Assembly: GCF_006345805.1 (NCBI RefSeq)
Contig: NC_043006.1
Coordinates: 44,392,001-44,456,000, forward strand
Reading direction: 5' to 3'
Length of the DNA: 64,000 bases
From: Octopus sinensis
Taxonomy: Eukaryota
A program made the position numbers and the translations under genes. The notes beneath the pieces were generated by a model. That model worked only from the letters and a program-made list of their open reading frames with translations, made no database searches and was not told the origin of the DNA. Below are positions 1 through 12,060 of the stretch, one piece after another; the stretch's first letter is position 1; each line of letters opens with the position of its first letter.

Positions 1-420
1 TATATAAATAAACAAGACCCTGCCTCGCTTAAGCCGAACAGCTAACTGATCAACATCAACGAAGCACATGGGTGAGTTATATATATACATCCGGGTGAAT
101 GGCAAACTTTTACAAAATTGCATTTCGGGAGAGGAAAAGTTTTTTCGGAATATAAAAATTTTGCAATTAAGGACACTACTTAATAAGGAAAACTTAACAA
201 GAAATGTCAGGTAGATAGCGTAATAACCTCATAAGAGAAAAAATTTCGAAAATAATTATTTCTTAGAACATATTAATTTATATATAGAGGGCATAATTAT
301 ACATACATGCCAGGAGGCATTATATATACATGCGAACGCTAAGAGGGACAATCAGTCATTCTACCAAAAATATTCTAATCCCACCGAATGCAATTTTTCA
401 AAGTAAGACATTAAAAATAT

Positions 421-467
421 AGGCCGTATCACAGTGATTTCATACTTACGTAATCATCAGCAGGCCT
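421..467 (-). ncRNA. Type I minimal hammerhead ribozyme (inverted array copy; 1-nt deletion in stem I)
   Basis: Reverse complement reads AGGCCTG-CTGATGA-TTACGTAAGTAT-GAAA-TCACTGTGA-TA-CGGCCT. Confidence 0.75.
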
Positions 468-878
468 GAATGTCTTATAAATAAACAACGACCCTGCCTC
501 GCTTAAGCCGAACAGCTAATGATCAACATCAACGAAGCACATGGGTGAGTTTATATATATTACATCCGGGTGAATGGCCTAATATAATTAATTATGTTCA
601 ATAAGAAATAATTATTTTCGAAATTTTTTCTCTTATGAGGTTTTTACGCTATCTACCTGACAATTTCTTGTTAAGTTTTCCTTATTAGTAGTTGTCCTTA
701 ATTGCAAAATTTTTATTCCGAAAAAACTTTTCCTCTCCCAAATGCAATTTTGTAAAAGTTTGCCATTCACCTGGATGTAATGTAATATATATAAACTCAC
801 CATGTGCTTCGTTGATGTTGATCAGTTAGCTGTTCGGTCTTAAGCGAGGCAGGGTCGTTGTTTATTTATAATACATTC

Positions 879-926
879 AGGCCTGCTGATGATTACGTAA
901 GTATGAAATCACTGTGATACAGGCCT
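879..926 (+). ncRNA. Type I minimal hammerhead ribozyme
   Basis: AGGCCTG (stem I)-CTGATGA-TTACGTAAGTAT (weak stem II)-GAA-ATCACTGTGAT (palindromic stem III)-A-CAGGCCT (stem I'). Predicted cleavage after AUA, between 919 and 920. Confidence 0.85.
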
Positions 927-1361
927 ATATTTTTAAATGTCTCTTACTTGAAAAAAATTGCATTCGTGGGATTAGTATATTTTTGGTATAGAAATGACTG
1001 ATTGTCCCTCTTAGCGTTCGGCATGTATATATAATGCCTCCTGGCATGTATGTATAATTATGCCCTCTATATATAAATTAATATGTTCAATAAGAATAAT
1101 TATTTTCGAAATTTTTTTCTATATGAGGTTTTTACGCTATCTACCTGACAATTTCTTGTTAAGTTTTCCTTATTAGTAGTTGTCCTTAATTGCAAAATTT
1201 TTATTCCGAAAAAACTTTCTCTCCCGAAATGCAATTTTGTAAAAGTTGCCATTCCACCCGGATGTAATATATATGTAAACTCACCCATGTGCTTCGTTGA
1301 TGTTGATCAGTTAGCTGTTCGGCTTAAGCGAGGCAGGGTCGTTGTTTATTTATAATACATC

Positions 1362-1407
1362 AGGCCTGCTGATGATTACGTAAGTGAAATCACTGTGATA
1401 CAGGCCT
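1362..1407 (+). ncRNA. Type I minimal hammerhead ribozyme (2-nt deletion in stem II)
   Basis: AGGCCTG-CTGATGA-TTACGTAAGT-GAAA-TCACTGTGA-TA-CAGGCCT. Confidence 0.78.
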
Positions 1408-1841
1408 ATATTTTTAAATGTCTTACTTTGAAAAATTGCATTCGGTGGGATTAGTAATATTTTTGGTAGAAATGAAATGAATGATTGTTCCTCTTAGCGT
1501 TCGGCATGAATATAATGCCTCCTGGCTGTATGTATAATTAGCCCTCTATATATAAATAATATGTTCAATAAGAAATAATTATTTTCGAAATTTTTTCTCT
1601 TATGAGGTTTTACGCTATCTACCTGACAATTTCTTGTAAGTTTTCCTATTAAGTAGTTGTCCTTAATTGCAAAATTTTTATTCCGAAAAAACTTTTCCTC
1701 TCCCGAAAGTGCAATTTTGTAAAAGTTGCCATTAACCCGGATGTAATATATATAAACTCACCCATGTGCTTCGTTGATGTTGATCAGTTAGCTGTTCGGC
1801 TTAAGCGAGGGGCAGGGTCGTTGTTTATTTATAATACATTC

Positions 1842-1889
1842 AGGCCTGCTGATGATTACGTAAGTATGAAATCACTGTGATACAGGCCT
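1842..1889 (+). ncRNA. Type I minimal hammerhead ribozyme
   Basis: Identical to the 879-926 copy. Confidence 0.85.
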
Positions 1890-2730
1890 ATATTTTTAAA
1901 TGTCTTACTTTGAAAAATTGCATTCGGTGGTGGGATTAGTAAATTTTTGGTAGAAATGACTGATTGTCCTCTTAGCGTTCGGCATGTATATATAATGCCT
2001 CCTGGCATGTATGTATAATTATGCCCTCTATATATAAATTAATATGTTCAATAAGAAATAATTATTTTCGAAATTTTTTCTCTTATGAGGTTTTTACGCT
2101 ATCTACCTGACAATTTCTTGTTAAGTTTTCCTTATTAAGTAGTTGTCCTTAATTGCAAAAATTTATAATATATATATATATCTATATGTATGTATATGTA
2201 TGTATATATGTATGTATATATGTATATATATATATACATATATATATATACATATATATATATATATGTGTATATATATATAATAATATCATCATCATCA
2301 TCATCGTCGTCGTTTAACATCCACTTTCCATGCTAGCATAGGTTGTATATATATGTATATGTATGTATGTATGCATGTATGTATATGTTAATATATGAAA
2401 TCAGCACTGAAAAGGGCTTTGCATTTGGAAGGGCCAGTGAAGTTTTATGGTCACTCTTCCTTCTAAATAAAGATAAAAGTACTCAATGCAAACCTATAAT
2501 TAACAAAATATTTACACAAAAGGAGCAGGAAAAGGCAGAGAGAGATGATGAAGAGGAGGAGAGTGACAACGATGATGATGCAAGAATAGAGAGAGACTAA
2601 TGTGATTTGTTAAGTGGCAAATTCCTGGACATTCCTTGTAAGCCTAAGTATCCGTTTCCCACTGGTTATTCACATTCAATCTTCCGTTATGCATGTCTTC
2701 TATATTGACAATTAGTTTTAAAATATACTA

Positions 2731-3105
2731 ATGGCTGTGTGGTTAAGTAGCTTGTTTCCCAGCCACATAATTACAGATTCAACCTCTAGGTTCAGTCTCA
2801 CTGCCTGGCACCTTGGGTAAATGTCTTTTACTGCAGCCCCAGTTTAATGAATGGCTGTGCGGTAAGATGCTTGCTTCCAAACGACATGGTTCCAGATTCA
2901 GTCCCACTGTGTGGCACCTTGGGCAAGTGTCTTCGACTGCAGCCCCAATTTGATGAAAGGTTATGTGGTTTTGCGCTTCCAAACCACATGGCTCCAGATT
3001 CAGTCCCTCTGCATGGCACCTTGGGCAAGTGTCTTCTACTATAGCCTTGGGCTGACCAAACCTTGCAAGTAGATTTGCTAGACTGAAACTGAAAGAAGCT
3101 CATCA
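2731..3105 (+). mobile_element. tRNA-derived SINE (family A) with three tandem head modules
   Basis: Three ~120-bp copies of GGCTGTGTGGTAAG..CCACATGGTTCCAG.TTCAGTCCCACTG..GGCACCTTGGGCAAGTGTCTT, then the body seen in many other copies in the window. Confidence 0.7.
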
Positions 3106-3311
3106 CATATATATTAATTGTTTATAATTTTCACCTTAAAAGGTATTTTAATATGCTGGCCAATGATAAAATTTTTTTTGAAAAATGTTATCCTTATAGT
3201 AGAATTATATATATATATATATATATATAACAATTGCAGCGTGGAAGGTGTTTATAAGCCATTTAAGAAACACACAAAAGCCGTTCGATTCACTCCAACA
3301 TTTAAGTTTAA

Positions 3312-3361
3312 TTTGTCAAAATATTTTCGTCGCTAAAATCCGCGACCTGTTCACTGACAAA
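3312..3361 (-). ncRNA. Hammerhead ribozyme-like motif, G3-C8 core variant (mirror copy)
   Basis: Reverse complement of 3379-3428. Confidence 0.65.
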
Positions 3362-3378
3362 GTCCGTGCAGCACGGAC

Positions 3379-3428
3379 TTTGTCAGTGAACAGGTCGCGG
3401 ATTTTAGCGACGAAAATATTTTGACAAA
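3379..3428 (+). ncRNA. Hammerhead ribozyme-like motif, G3-C8 core variant
   Basis: TTTGTCA (I)-GTGAACA-G-GTCGC ggatttta GCGAC (II)-GAA-AATATT (III)-T-TGACAAA (I'). The core GTGAACA equals CTGANGA with C3G and G8C. Confidence 0.65.
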
Positions 3429-3563
3429 TTAAACTTAAATGTTGGAGTGAATCGAACGGCTTTTGTGTGTTTCTTAAATGGCTTATAAACACCTTCCACG
3501 CTGCAATTGTTTTCGTTTCAGCACACGATCTCAGATCAAATTACTTGCTATGCGAGTACATCT

Positions 3564-3625
<62 letters not shown>

Positions 3626-4029
3626 ATTTACTGGGGAAGGCCGGTTTATGGGATTACCCTGTATTTCCTGTCCATAAAGGGGTTACTTTTATGGCATATC
3701 ATCAGACCCCAAAACCTGTTGGCCTAAGACCTTGTGTGTGTGTGTAAGTGTTTGTCCATCACCACTGCTTGACAACAAGGTGTTTATTGTGTCCACAAGG
3801 TGCTGGAGAAGTTCTGGGTGTGAGGTGCTTTGAAGGCACAGATCACGCCTTGATCCATAGGCTGGTTGAGGGAAGTGGTGTTGGAAGGGAGGAACTCGGC
3901 TTGGACTCCCTTGTGATTCAAATCCAAAGATGACCACCAGCATTATCCATAACAAGCAACAGCTTGAATTCCATGCATATATTTTAGAGGTATTCGTTAG
4001 CTTGAAGGATGAAGCATTGGTGGAACCAA

Positions 4030-5007
4030 TTCAAAGTTAGATTCTAAATTCTGGCTAGAAATGAAGAACAGTAAGGTCCAGATCCTTTGCTCTCATTATG
4101 CCAAACCCATGGCCTCTAAGTACCTTGTTCACAAGAACACATCAATTGCACACAATGCCAAGTTCAACATTCTGATAGCTGACTTGGTGACAGTAGTGAG
4201 GAATGTGTCTTGCATGTGCGACCCTATGGAATTGGAAAGACATATACAACACTTCATTCACTGCATGTAGTTCTCTGGTTGCAACCAAAGGGACAAGATT
4301 AGAGTGTACAAAGGAGCCAGGACTAAGTACAAAGCCATCATAGAGAGTGATGCTAAGGGGATCCACAGTACAAGAGTAAATCCTGGAATAGCATGGAAAG
4401 GACCAGTAATAAGATAGATAAGGCCAACACTTGGTATGACAACAAAAATTACCAGAGTGTCATGTTCGTTGATGTTACCCCTGACAGCAATCTAGCACAC
4501 CTTTTTAGAAAAACATTAAGTAAGGCAAATCTATGAATTAAAGTAGTGGAGAGGCCTGGTGCCCCTTTAAAATCCCTGATCTGCAATACCTATCTCATTG
4601 ATAAGTCCACCTGTACAGAGTACAATTGTGTTATATGTAGGATGAACCCACAGGCTGAATATAAAGTTAGGAATGTAGTGTATAGCTTATGATGTACTGT
4701 GGGACGGTGCAGAAAGATGACAAATACCTACATAGGAGAGACTGCACACAGCAGAGGAGAGTGTATAGGTGAACATTGGTGAGAGCCCAAAGAAGTGAAA
4801 AGCTCATCAGTGCTCTACCAAGATGCTCAGGCAGAACATGGAGGCTCAATTAATAACATAGAGGTTAGAGTACTATCAACACTTAGAATTGACACGACAC
4901 TTAGACAGATTACAGAAGCTATACTCATAACAGTAGACAGACCAAGCCTCAATAGAAAGCATGAATGGAACAGTAACACCCACCACCACACCATACCACA
5001 TAACTAA
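4030..5007 (+). mobile_element. Decayed Penelope-like retroelement (RT thumb, Cys-rich linker, GIY-YIG endonuclease)
   Basis: Translated fragments: HYAKPMASKYLVHKNTS..KFNILIADL..VRNVS; ERPGAPLKSLIC..TC..NCVIC; NVVYSL*C; YIGETA (4729); RQITEAILI..RPSLNRKHEW. Stops and frameshifts are present. Confidence 0.8.
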
Positions 5008-5659
5008 AGACAGTAGGGATGTGAAGAGAGAGGAAAGAAGGAAGAAAAAAACAAAACCCGTAAATAATACACAGATACATACAGAGTAATACACACACAA
5101 TAGATATATATGCACTTACCTGTGATACATATAGATAAATAAATAAATAAGTAAATAAATATATAAATAGATAAATAAACGGATATATAAATATATCTGC
5201 CACACATTTGTGATAAATGTAAGACAGAGATAGATAAAATAAATAAATAAAACTATATAAAGAGCATGGACACATATGAAACGAACCCATACACACAAAC
5301 ACACACACATGAAACCTCACGGACAGCCATATGCTGTCAAGAGGAATGCAGGAACTGTACCTTCCTTTTTTTTTTTCCTCAAGTCTTAGGACAGGAGCAG
5401 CACAATGGGGTGAGAGGTTGAGACTGAGGTGAAGGCCACATTGCTGCTAAAAACTATGACACACACACAAGCATATGCCCACACACACACACACACACAG
5501 AAGCATATGCCCCCCCACACACACACACAAGCATATGCCCCCCCCACACACACACACACACACACAAATAAGGACACAAACACATGTGCACATAAAGATA
5601 CACATCTTAGAAGAGCAGAATGGAATGAGCAGAGCAAGAACACACAAGGAAATGAAAAG

Positions 5660-5704
5660 TGTCACTGAAGAGGTCACAGATGTGTGACGAAAGATTTCCT
5701 GACA
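5660..5704 (+). ncRNA. Type I hammerhead ribozyme, probably in the 3' pseudo-LTR of the Penelope relic
   Basis: TGTCA (I)-CTGAAGA-G-GTCACA gatg TGTGAC (II)-GAAA-GATT-TC-C-TGACA (I'). It lies ~650 bp downstream of the GIY-YIG fragment on the same strand, with one extra C at the cleavage site. Confidence 0.7.
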
Positions 5705-5873
5705 ATGGACAGGTGTCAAAATAATAAAAATAATAAAATAACTAATAAACGAGTGAAGAAAAAATATATATATAGTGTGTGTGTTTATTTGGTACAAAAA
5801 AAAATAGATAATAAATAAAATGACCATCCAAAAGTACGACAATATACATATATGTGTATGTGTACACATACAT

Positions 5874-6006
<133 letters not shown>

Positions 6007-6525
6007 GAACATCTATTTGTGAAGCAGATTGTTTACTAGTCGAGTAGATAAGCAAGCTAGTGGGTGGGGGAGTAATAGTGAGAGGGGGACATGGACACCC
6101 ACATGCACACCTGTGAAAGAGAAGGAAAAAAGCTGGTAATGGACAAAGAGAGAGAGAGAGAGAATGCCCACCACTCCTTAAATTTCAGGAAGGTCCTAAA
6201 CATTGACTCATGCCTACCTTAGAAGTTATCAGACACTATTTATCCTAGCGTATATTGTTTACACTGCTGCTACACTGGGCGAAACAGCCAATAGCTCTCT
6301 CTCATTCATTTATATCATCTTCATATTCAAGGAAAGTGGGTAAGAGAAGTAATATTATAATTATGGAACTAAACCTTTAACACTTAATCCGGTTATATCT
6401 GGCCCAAATATTCTACCTGGTTTATGTTAAAACCAGATCCAACTTCTCACACCTACCCTACAATGTCATTCTAAAAATATACAAACACACCAATCAAATC
6501 TTGAAGCTGCAAGATAATGCATGAT

Positions 6526-7056
6526 TTACTTACTTGTACTTATGACAGCGTTCACCCAGGGTGGGTTGAGCTGGCTTCTCCTCTGGTCCTGATGGCATCC
6601 CGACCCATGGCTGCCCATGCTCAACGGTCCTGTGCAAGGTCACTGGAGATAGCGAGCCATTCGCGGTTCCATCTGCGCAGACCGACCACCTGTGGACCTG
6701 AGAGTTTGGAGAGGTCCTCCTTTATTGTTGTTGCCCAGGTTTTCAGCTGCCCACCTGTGCGTTTGCACTAGTTGGGAAATGGAAGTGGAAGGAGGACATC
6801 GTGAATCAGCTCACCCTCTAGACGCCAGGCCGCATGACCAAACCACCTTAAGCGCCGGTATAGAAGCATCGAAGGGAAGGGCCAAAGATTCAGGTGATGA
6901 CAAAGACTGGCTGTAGGAACCCAATCAATGTGTCAGCAGCGAAGAATGCGGCGGAGACAGTCATTGTCAAACACCTCCAGCCTTCGCTGATTGACAACCA
7001 TAGAAGAGGATAGTACAAATGACGACAACGAGGATAGTTCGTTTGTTCCTACTATA
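6526..7056 (-). mobile_element. 5'-truncated RTE-type LINE 3' end inserted into a TTAA-ended MITE
   Basis: The minus strand gives LFYGC..RRLEVFD..CLRRI-like RT C-terminal text and a short (TAAG)n tail. MITE halves flank it at ~6371-6525 and after 7057. Confidence 0.6.
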
Positions 7057-8215
7057 ATACATGATTAATTCAAAACAATGTGAATGAATAAGCATTACAT
7101 TTGATAGAGAGAAGGTGCATGGCTCAGTGGTTAGAGTGTCAGGCTTACAATCATGAGGTAGTGAGTTCAATTCCTGGGCTGGGTTGTGTGTGGTATTCTT
7201 GAGCAAGACACTTTATTTCGCGTTGCTCCAATTCACTCAGCTGTAGAAATGAGTTGCAGCATCTCTGTTGCCAAGCTGTATCAGCCTTTGCCTTTCTCTT
7301 GGATAACATCAGAGGCATGGAGAGAGGAGGCTGGTATTCATGAGTGACTGCTGGTCTTCCATAAACAACCTTGCCTGGACTTGTGCCTCAGAGGGTAACT
7401 TTCTAAGTGCAATCCCGTCATTCATGACCAAAGGGGGTCTTTACCCTTTTATTTACAGTTGATAGAGTTATGTGAATGCTAAAGGGTTAAATGCCAAATA
7501 GTTTTTAGCTTTGACTCAATTTGTCGTAGGATCAATTCTCATTAAAATCAGTTCTGTCCTTCATCTTTGAAAGCGGACGGTATTATAAAATGGGTTTTTA
7601 TATTATTTTGGGGTTGAGACAATGCCATATACTCCCAACTGTACAATATTTAGCCTTGTTCTAACTTAAATCTTATTTTCTATCTTTTGAGTTATGTGAA
7701 GATGCATGGCCAAGTGGTTAGAGTGTCGCATTCATGATCGCCATATCATGGGTTCAATTCCCGAACAAGGCAACATGTTTTCTTGAGCAAAGCGCTTCAT
7801 TTCATATTGCTCTAGTGTGAGGACCGGCATGCCAAAGAATAGACCTATTTCCTCTGTGTATTGTAAAAGGCAACTAAAAGAGGTCAAGGTAGGATTTGTA
7901 CTCTGACCTCATAAAACCCTAACCAGCAGCAACTACCCAAACTCTGAGAGGCACAGATGTGTCATCTACCTGAAGTAGGAAACCACCAACAAATTGCAGA
8001 TGCAGTGACATGTTATCACAGCACATTTTCCCATTCTACTATTACTATTATCTTTTGTCCTTTACTTGTTTCAGTCATTGGACTGCAGCCATGCTGGACC
8101 ACTGCTTTGAAGTATAATAGTCTCCATTTATTCACAGAGTCTAAGTTTCAATCAACAGACCTCTGGGTTGTGGACATGGTAAATTTCCACTACACCACTC
8201 TTCTCAATGAAGACC

Positions 8216-8602
8216 TTACTCTTTTACTTGTTTCAGTCATGTGACTGTGGCCATGCTGGAGCACCGCCTTTAGTCGAGCAAATCGACCCCAGGACTCATT
8301 CTTTGTAAGCCTAGTACGTATTCTATCGGTCTCTTTTGCTGAACCACTAAGTTACAGGGATGTAAACATGTCAGCATCGGTTGTTAAGTGATGTTGGGGG
8401 GATAAACACAGATACACATCCATATGTATATATACATATATACAACAGGCTTCTTTCAGTTTCCGTCTACCAAATCCACTCACAAGGCTTTGGTTAGCCC
8501 AAGGCTACAGTAGAAGACACTTGCCCAAGGTGCCACGAAGTGGGACTGAACCTGGAACCGTGTGGTTGGTAAGCAAGCTACTTACCACACAGCCACTCCT
8601 AT
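8216..8602 (-). mobile_element. tRNA-derived SINE family A, near full length
   Basis: Reverse complement of the family A head, central (CA/TA)n and GCTCCAGCATGGCCACAGTCA..TGACTGAAACAAGTAAAAGA tail. Confidence 0.75.
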
Positions 8603-8704
8603 GCATTATTTATTTTATTGTTTGTTATGGATTACATTACTTTCATTACATCATCCATCATATGGTATTTATTCACTATCTATTTATTTCTATACAATGC
8701 AGGT

Positions 8705-8907
8705 GACACGCTGTGCAGGTGGCACGTAAAAAACACCCACTACACTCGCGGAGTGGTTGGCGTTAGGAAGGGCATCCAGCCGTAGAAACACTGCCAGATC
8801 TGACTGGGCCTGACGAAGCCTTCCAGCTTCACGGACCCCAGTTGACCCGTCCAACCCATGCTAGCATGGAAAGCGGACGCTAAATGATGATGATGATGAT
8901 GATGATG
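8705..8907 (+). mobile_element. SINE-like family B with (GAT)n tail
   Basis: GGAGTGGTTGGCGTTAGGAAGGGCATCCAG..CCAACCCATGCTAGCATGGAAAGCGGACG..(GAT)n. Further copies at ~14575-14856, 25370-25693, 43337-43780(-), 45835-46263 and 60410-60900. Confidence 0.7.
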
Positions 8908-10281
8908 AATGGACTATGTCAAATGTATGGAAGAGAGTAACTGCACAATACATGCTGCAGCACTGAGATATTAACTCACTTACTTGGCAGAATGAAAAGG
9001 TGGCATTTCATTCTGCCAATTACTCCAAGAATCACATTTTACAAACTACATGTACAGATCTATGCATCGCAAATTGTTCCAGCTGTTTTTTCATTTACCA
9101 TATTCAGGTCAACCAGAAGCAAATCAATTCCATAAAATGTTTCCCTCGTGTGTATGTGTGTATTACACGACGTTCTCCCATTGTTTACAAAATGAACTTA
9201 ATCTTAAAAAATGAAATATCATGCTGACAACCATACAGTATGGGCATATTTTGGGTCAACTGAATCCACAACCCCATTTTAGTTCTTCAACAAAGAACTA
9301 GTTGGCCAATATTGGTTTCAAATTTTGGCACAAGGCTAATAAGTTTGGGGGAGTTACATCGACCCCAGTGTTCAACTGATACTTATTTTATCGACTTCAA
9401 TGGGATTTGAACTCACACACAAATGGGATCAATATAATCAACTTGACCCCTAAACTGAAATTGCTGGCCTTGTGCCAAAATCTGAAACCAATATTTGCTT
9501 GCTTCTGAGATCTTCAGTGGTTGTAAACCTATCACAAATGACACCAGCAAAACCAAAAGTGTAAATCATTTTATTCTTTTATATGTTTCAGTCCAATGAC
9601 TGTGGCCATGCTGGAGCTTCCACAATCATTAAGCAACATACTAAAACACTTTTAATGCTCAGTAATTGGTGAAATTCAATGTTAGTTATTGTGTCAAATA
9701 TTGTAGGTTAGAAATTACTAATAGGATTCTTAAAACAGATTAGATATTAATCTAACTGTTACATGGAAATGTAAATATGCTTGCAAATTGTTTTTGTTAC
9801 ATGATATTCTTTGTTCTGAATACTTTTATTTTAATAAATGTTGCTTACTGCAAGTTATGGATGATTCTCTTATGACTTCGTTGCTTTCAGGCTTAGCATA
9901 AGGTATTTTCGTGCCCGACATCACAAAATGCGTCTGAATAAACATTGCTGGACAGCAAATAGAGACTCAGACATTGCTTAGAAAATAATTTTCATTTTTA
10001 ACCTCGTATAGAGTATGCACTAGTGATTTTGACTTTTAAATTTGGGGAAAAAAATGTGGATTATACTCGAGGATTTACAGTATTTGAATTAAAGAAAGTG
10101 AAAAGTGGCAACCAAACAGAAAAGATCTTTCGACTGGAAAGTCGAAGTCCAGGAACTAACAATAACAGAAGGTATTTTTTGTCCAGTGCTCCACCAATTC
10201 TGCAATCTGCCATTCAATACTGTATACCATAGTTAGACTATTTTTTATATTAAGCAAATAGATTGATGGTACCATACGTAA

Positions 10282-10683
10282 TCTTTTACTTGTTTCAGAT
10301 ATTTGACTGCAGCCATGCTGGAGCATCGCCTTAAAGGGCATTAGTTGAAAAAATCGACTCCAGGACTTATTTTTTATAAGCCTGGTACTTATTCTGTTAG
10401 TCCCTTTTGTTGAACTAAGTTACAGGGACACACCAGCATCGGTTGTCAAGCGATGGCAGGGAGCACAAACAAACAAATATATGCACACACACACACATAT
10501 ATATAAATATGTATATGTGTGTGTGAGTATATATATATATATATATATATATATACGACGTGCTTCTTTCGGTTTCCGTCTCCCAAATCCACTCATGGCT
10601 TTGGTCAGCCCAAAGCTATAGAAGTAGACACTTGGCCAAGATGACATGCAGTGGGACTGAACCCGGAACCACGTGGTTGGGAA
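10282..10683 (-). mobile_element. tRNA-derived SINE family A
   Basis: Same modules as 8216-8602. Confidence 0.7.
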
Positions 10684-12060
10684 AACATAACCAAGTATGT
10701 TTTAGTGAAAATCAATGACGAAAGACAGCAAAGACTTGGTTTGATAAAGTTTTTTTTTTAATTTGCCAAAAAGATGCCTTATTTTCTCTTGTTTACAAGG
10801 ATTCAAAATTATTATATAGAGTAATTTAACAGCAAATTTAATCAAAGTAAACTGGACATGAGCCGTATTGGCAATAATTACTCAGTAGATTAGATGAGTC
10901 CAGTAAGCTGTTGGTTGCTTGGGTTGTGTTTTTAAGTAAATGACAAAATTATGATTTCGAAATATAACCTGCCCAAAAATTGTCATGGAAAGACTCGCAC
11001 CCTACCTAGAAGCAACGTATAGCCTAGACAAGAAACACAACTCTTCCACGTCTTTATTACATAAGTTATGTCCCTTGATTTAGCTGGCCACGTTTCAGTT
11101 GTAATTTAGTCTTACTGATTCAAAGGGACACCACCATTTACAATTAGTGCATATCTAACGCTATAATGACTATGGGGAATGAATTCAATAATGCATGCTA
11201 ACAAAGCACTTTGTTAATGTATTTGCCATAAGACCATTGACAGCTAACAGACCCTGGATATAGATTTCCTTATTCTCTCAAATTATTGTACACTTTACGG
11301 AGATGTACTTGTATAGCGAGTGTGTTTCTTAAATGGCTTATAAGCACCTCCCCTGCTGCAATTGTTATTGTACACTTCCTTTTCATCAATATGATTTATT
11401 CACCAGATGAGAAAACTAAAGAATATCTTCGACGTTAAACTGTCATCACGTCAGACTGTGGTTTTATACAAAATATTGACTCCTAAAAAAACCATCATGT
11501 GCCCAATGATAAATAGAGGAATTTGTTGTGGAATAAATGAAAACTGCCATCATAGATGACTGGACAATGTCAGTCAGGAATCGAAATTATATGCTGGTAA
11601 TAAATATAAACAATCCCATGTGAGTAACCCAAGGGTCATACATGTATACCCAAAGCAATCGATGGCTTAAGATGAAGCTGTAACTCCATCATAATGAAAG
11701 CACAACCATTTAGTGGAAGTTCACTGTACATAAAAATTGTTGATGTTACAAGAGGTAAGTTGTCCTTAGAAAAAAAAAAAAAAAGCAATTAATACCATTC
11801 CCTTCAAAAGTGCCAGTGCCTGGAAAAGCACCAGAAGTCAATGTAAAGTGGTTGCTGTTAGGAACTACATCAAGTCAGAAACCATGCCAAAAAGCTAGAT
11901 AAAACCCTCAGCTTGCAGGTTTTGTCGAACCATCCAAGCCATGGCAGTGAGAAAAGGACATTAAATGAGGGTGAATGATGATCATTCACTATAAGCATCA
12001 AGTGTAAAATATTTTTTTGTCTTCTCTATCAGAACTAAATATAATGGTTATTAGAAGCTG

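Larger units (their letters stand above)
1..2164. repeat. ~480-bp tandem repeat array with one hammerhead ribozyme per unit (retrozyme / Penelope pseudo-LTR-like); 1-~578 is inverted relative to ~590-2164
   Basis: The same unit recurs with HHR starts at 879, 1362 and 1842 (periods 483 and 480). Bases 1-578 are the reverse complement of the unit. Copies differ mainly by small indels. No credible ORF. Confidence 0.9.
3229..3511. repeat. Perfect palindrome (141-bp arms, 1-nt spacer at 3370), Penelope pseudo-LTR-like, set in (TA)n
   Basis: 3229-3369 is the exact reverse complement of 3371-3511. A related fragment lies at ~11300-11368. Confidence 0.9.

Noticed and set aside
1-2164. Indel differences between array copies read as biological divergence
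   Set aside because: They are mostly 1-2-nt homopolymer indels typical of unpolished long-read consensus, so copy-specific defects such as those at 421 and 1362 may not be real.
7118-7190. tRNA-like A/B boxes (GGCTCAGTGGTTAGAG..GAGTTCAATTCC), also at ~7708 and ~16455
   Set aside because: These are SINE heads continuing into SINE body, with no complete cloverleaf.
10078-10171. Exon-like segment CAG|TATTTGAATTAAAGAAAGTG..AGAAG|GTAT
   Set aside because: A similar sequence recurs at ~30721-30762, which points to a repeat. There is no recognisable protein and no partner exons.
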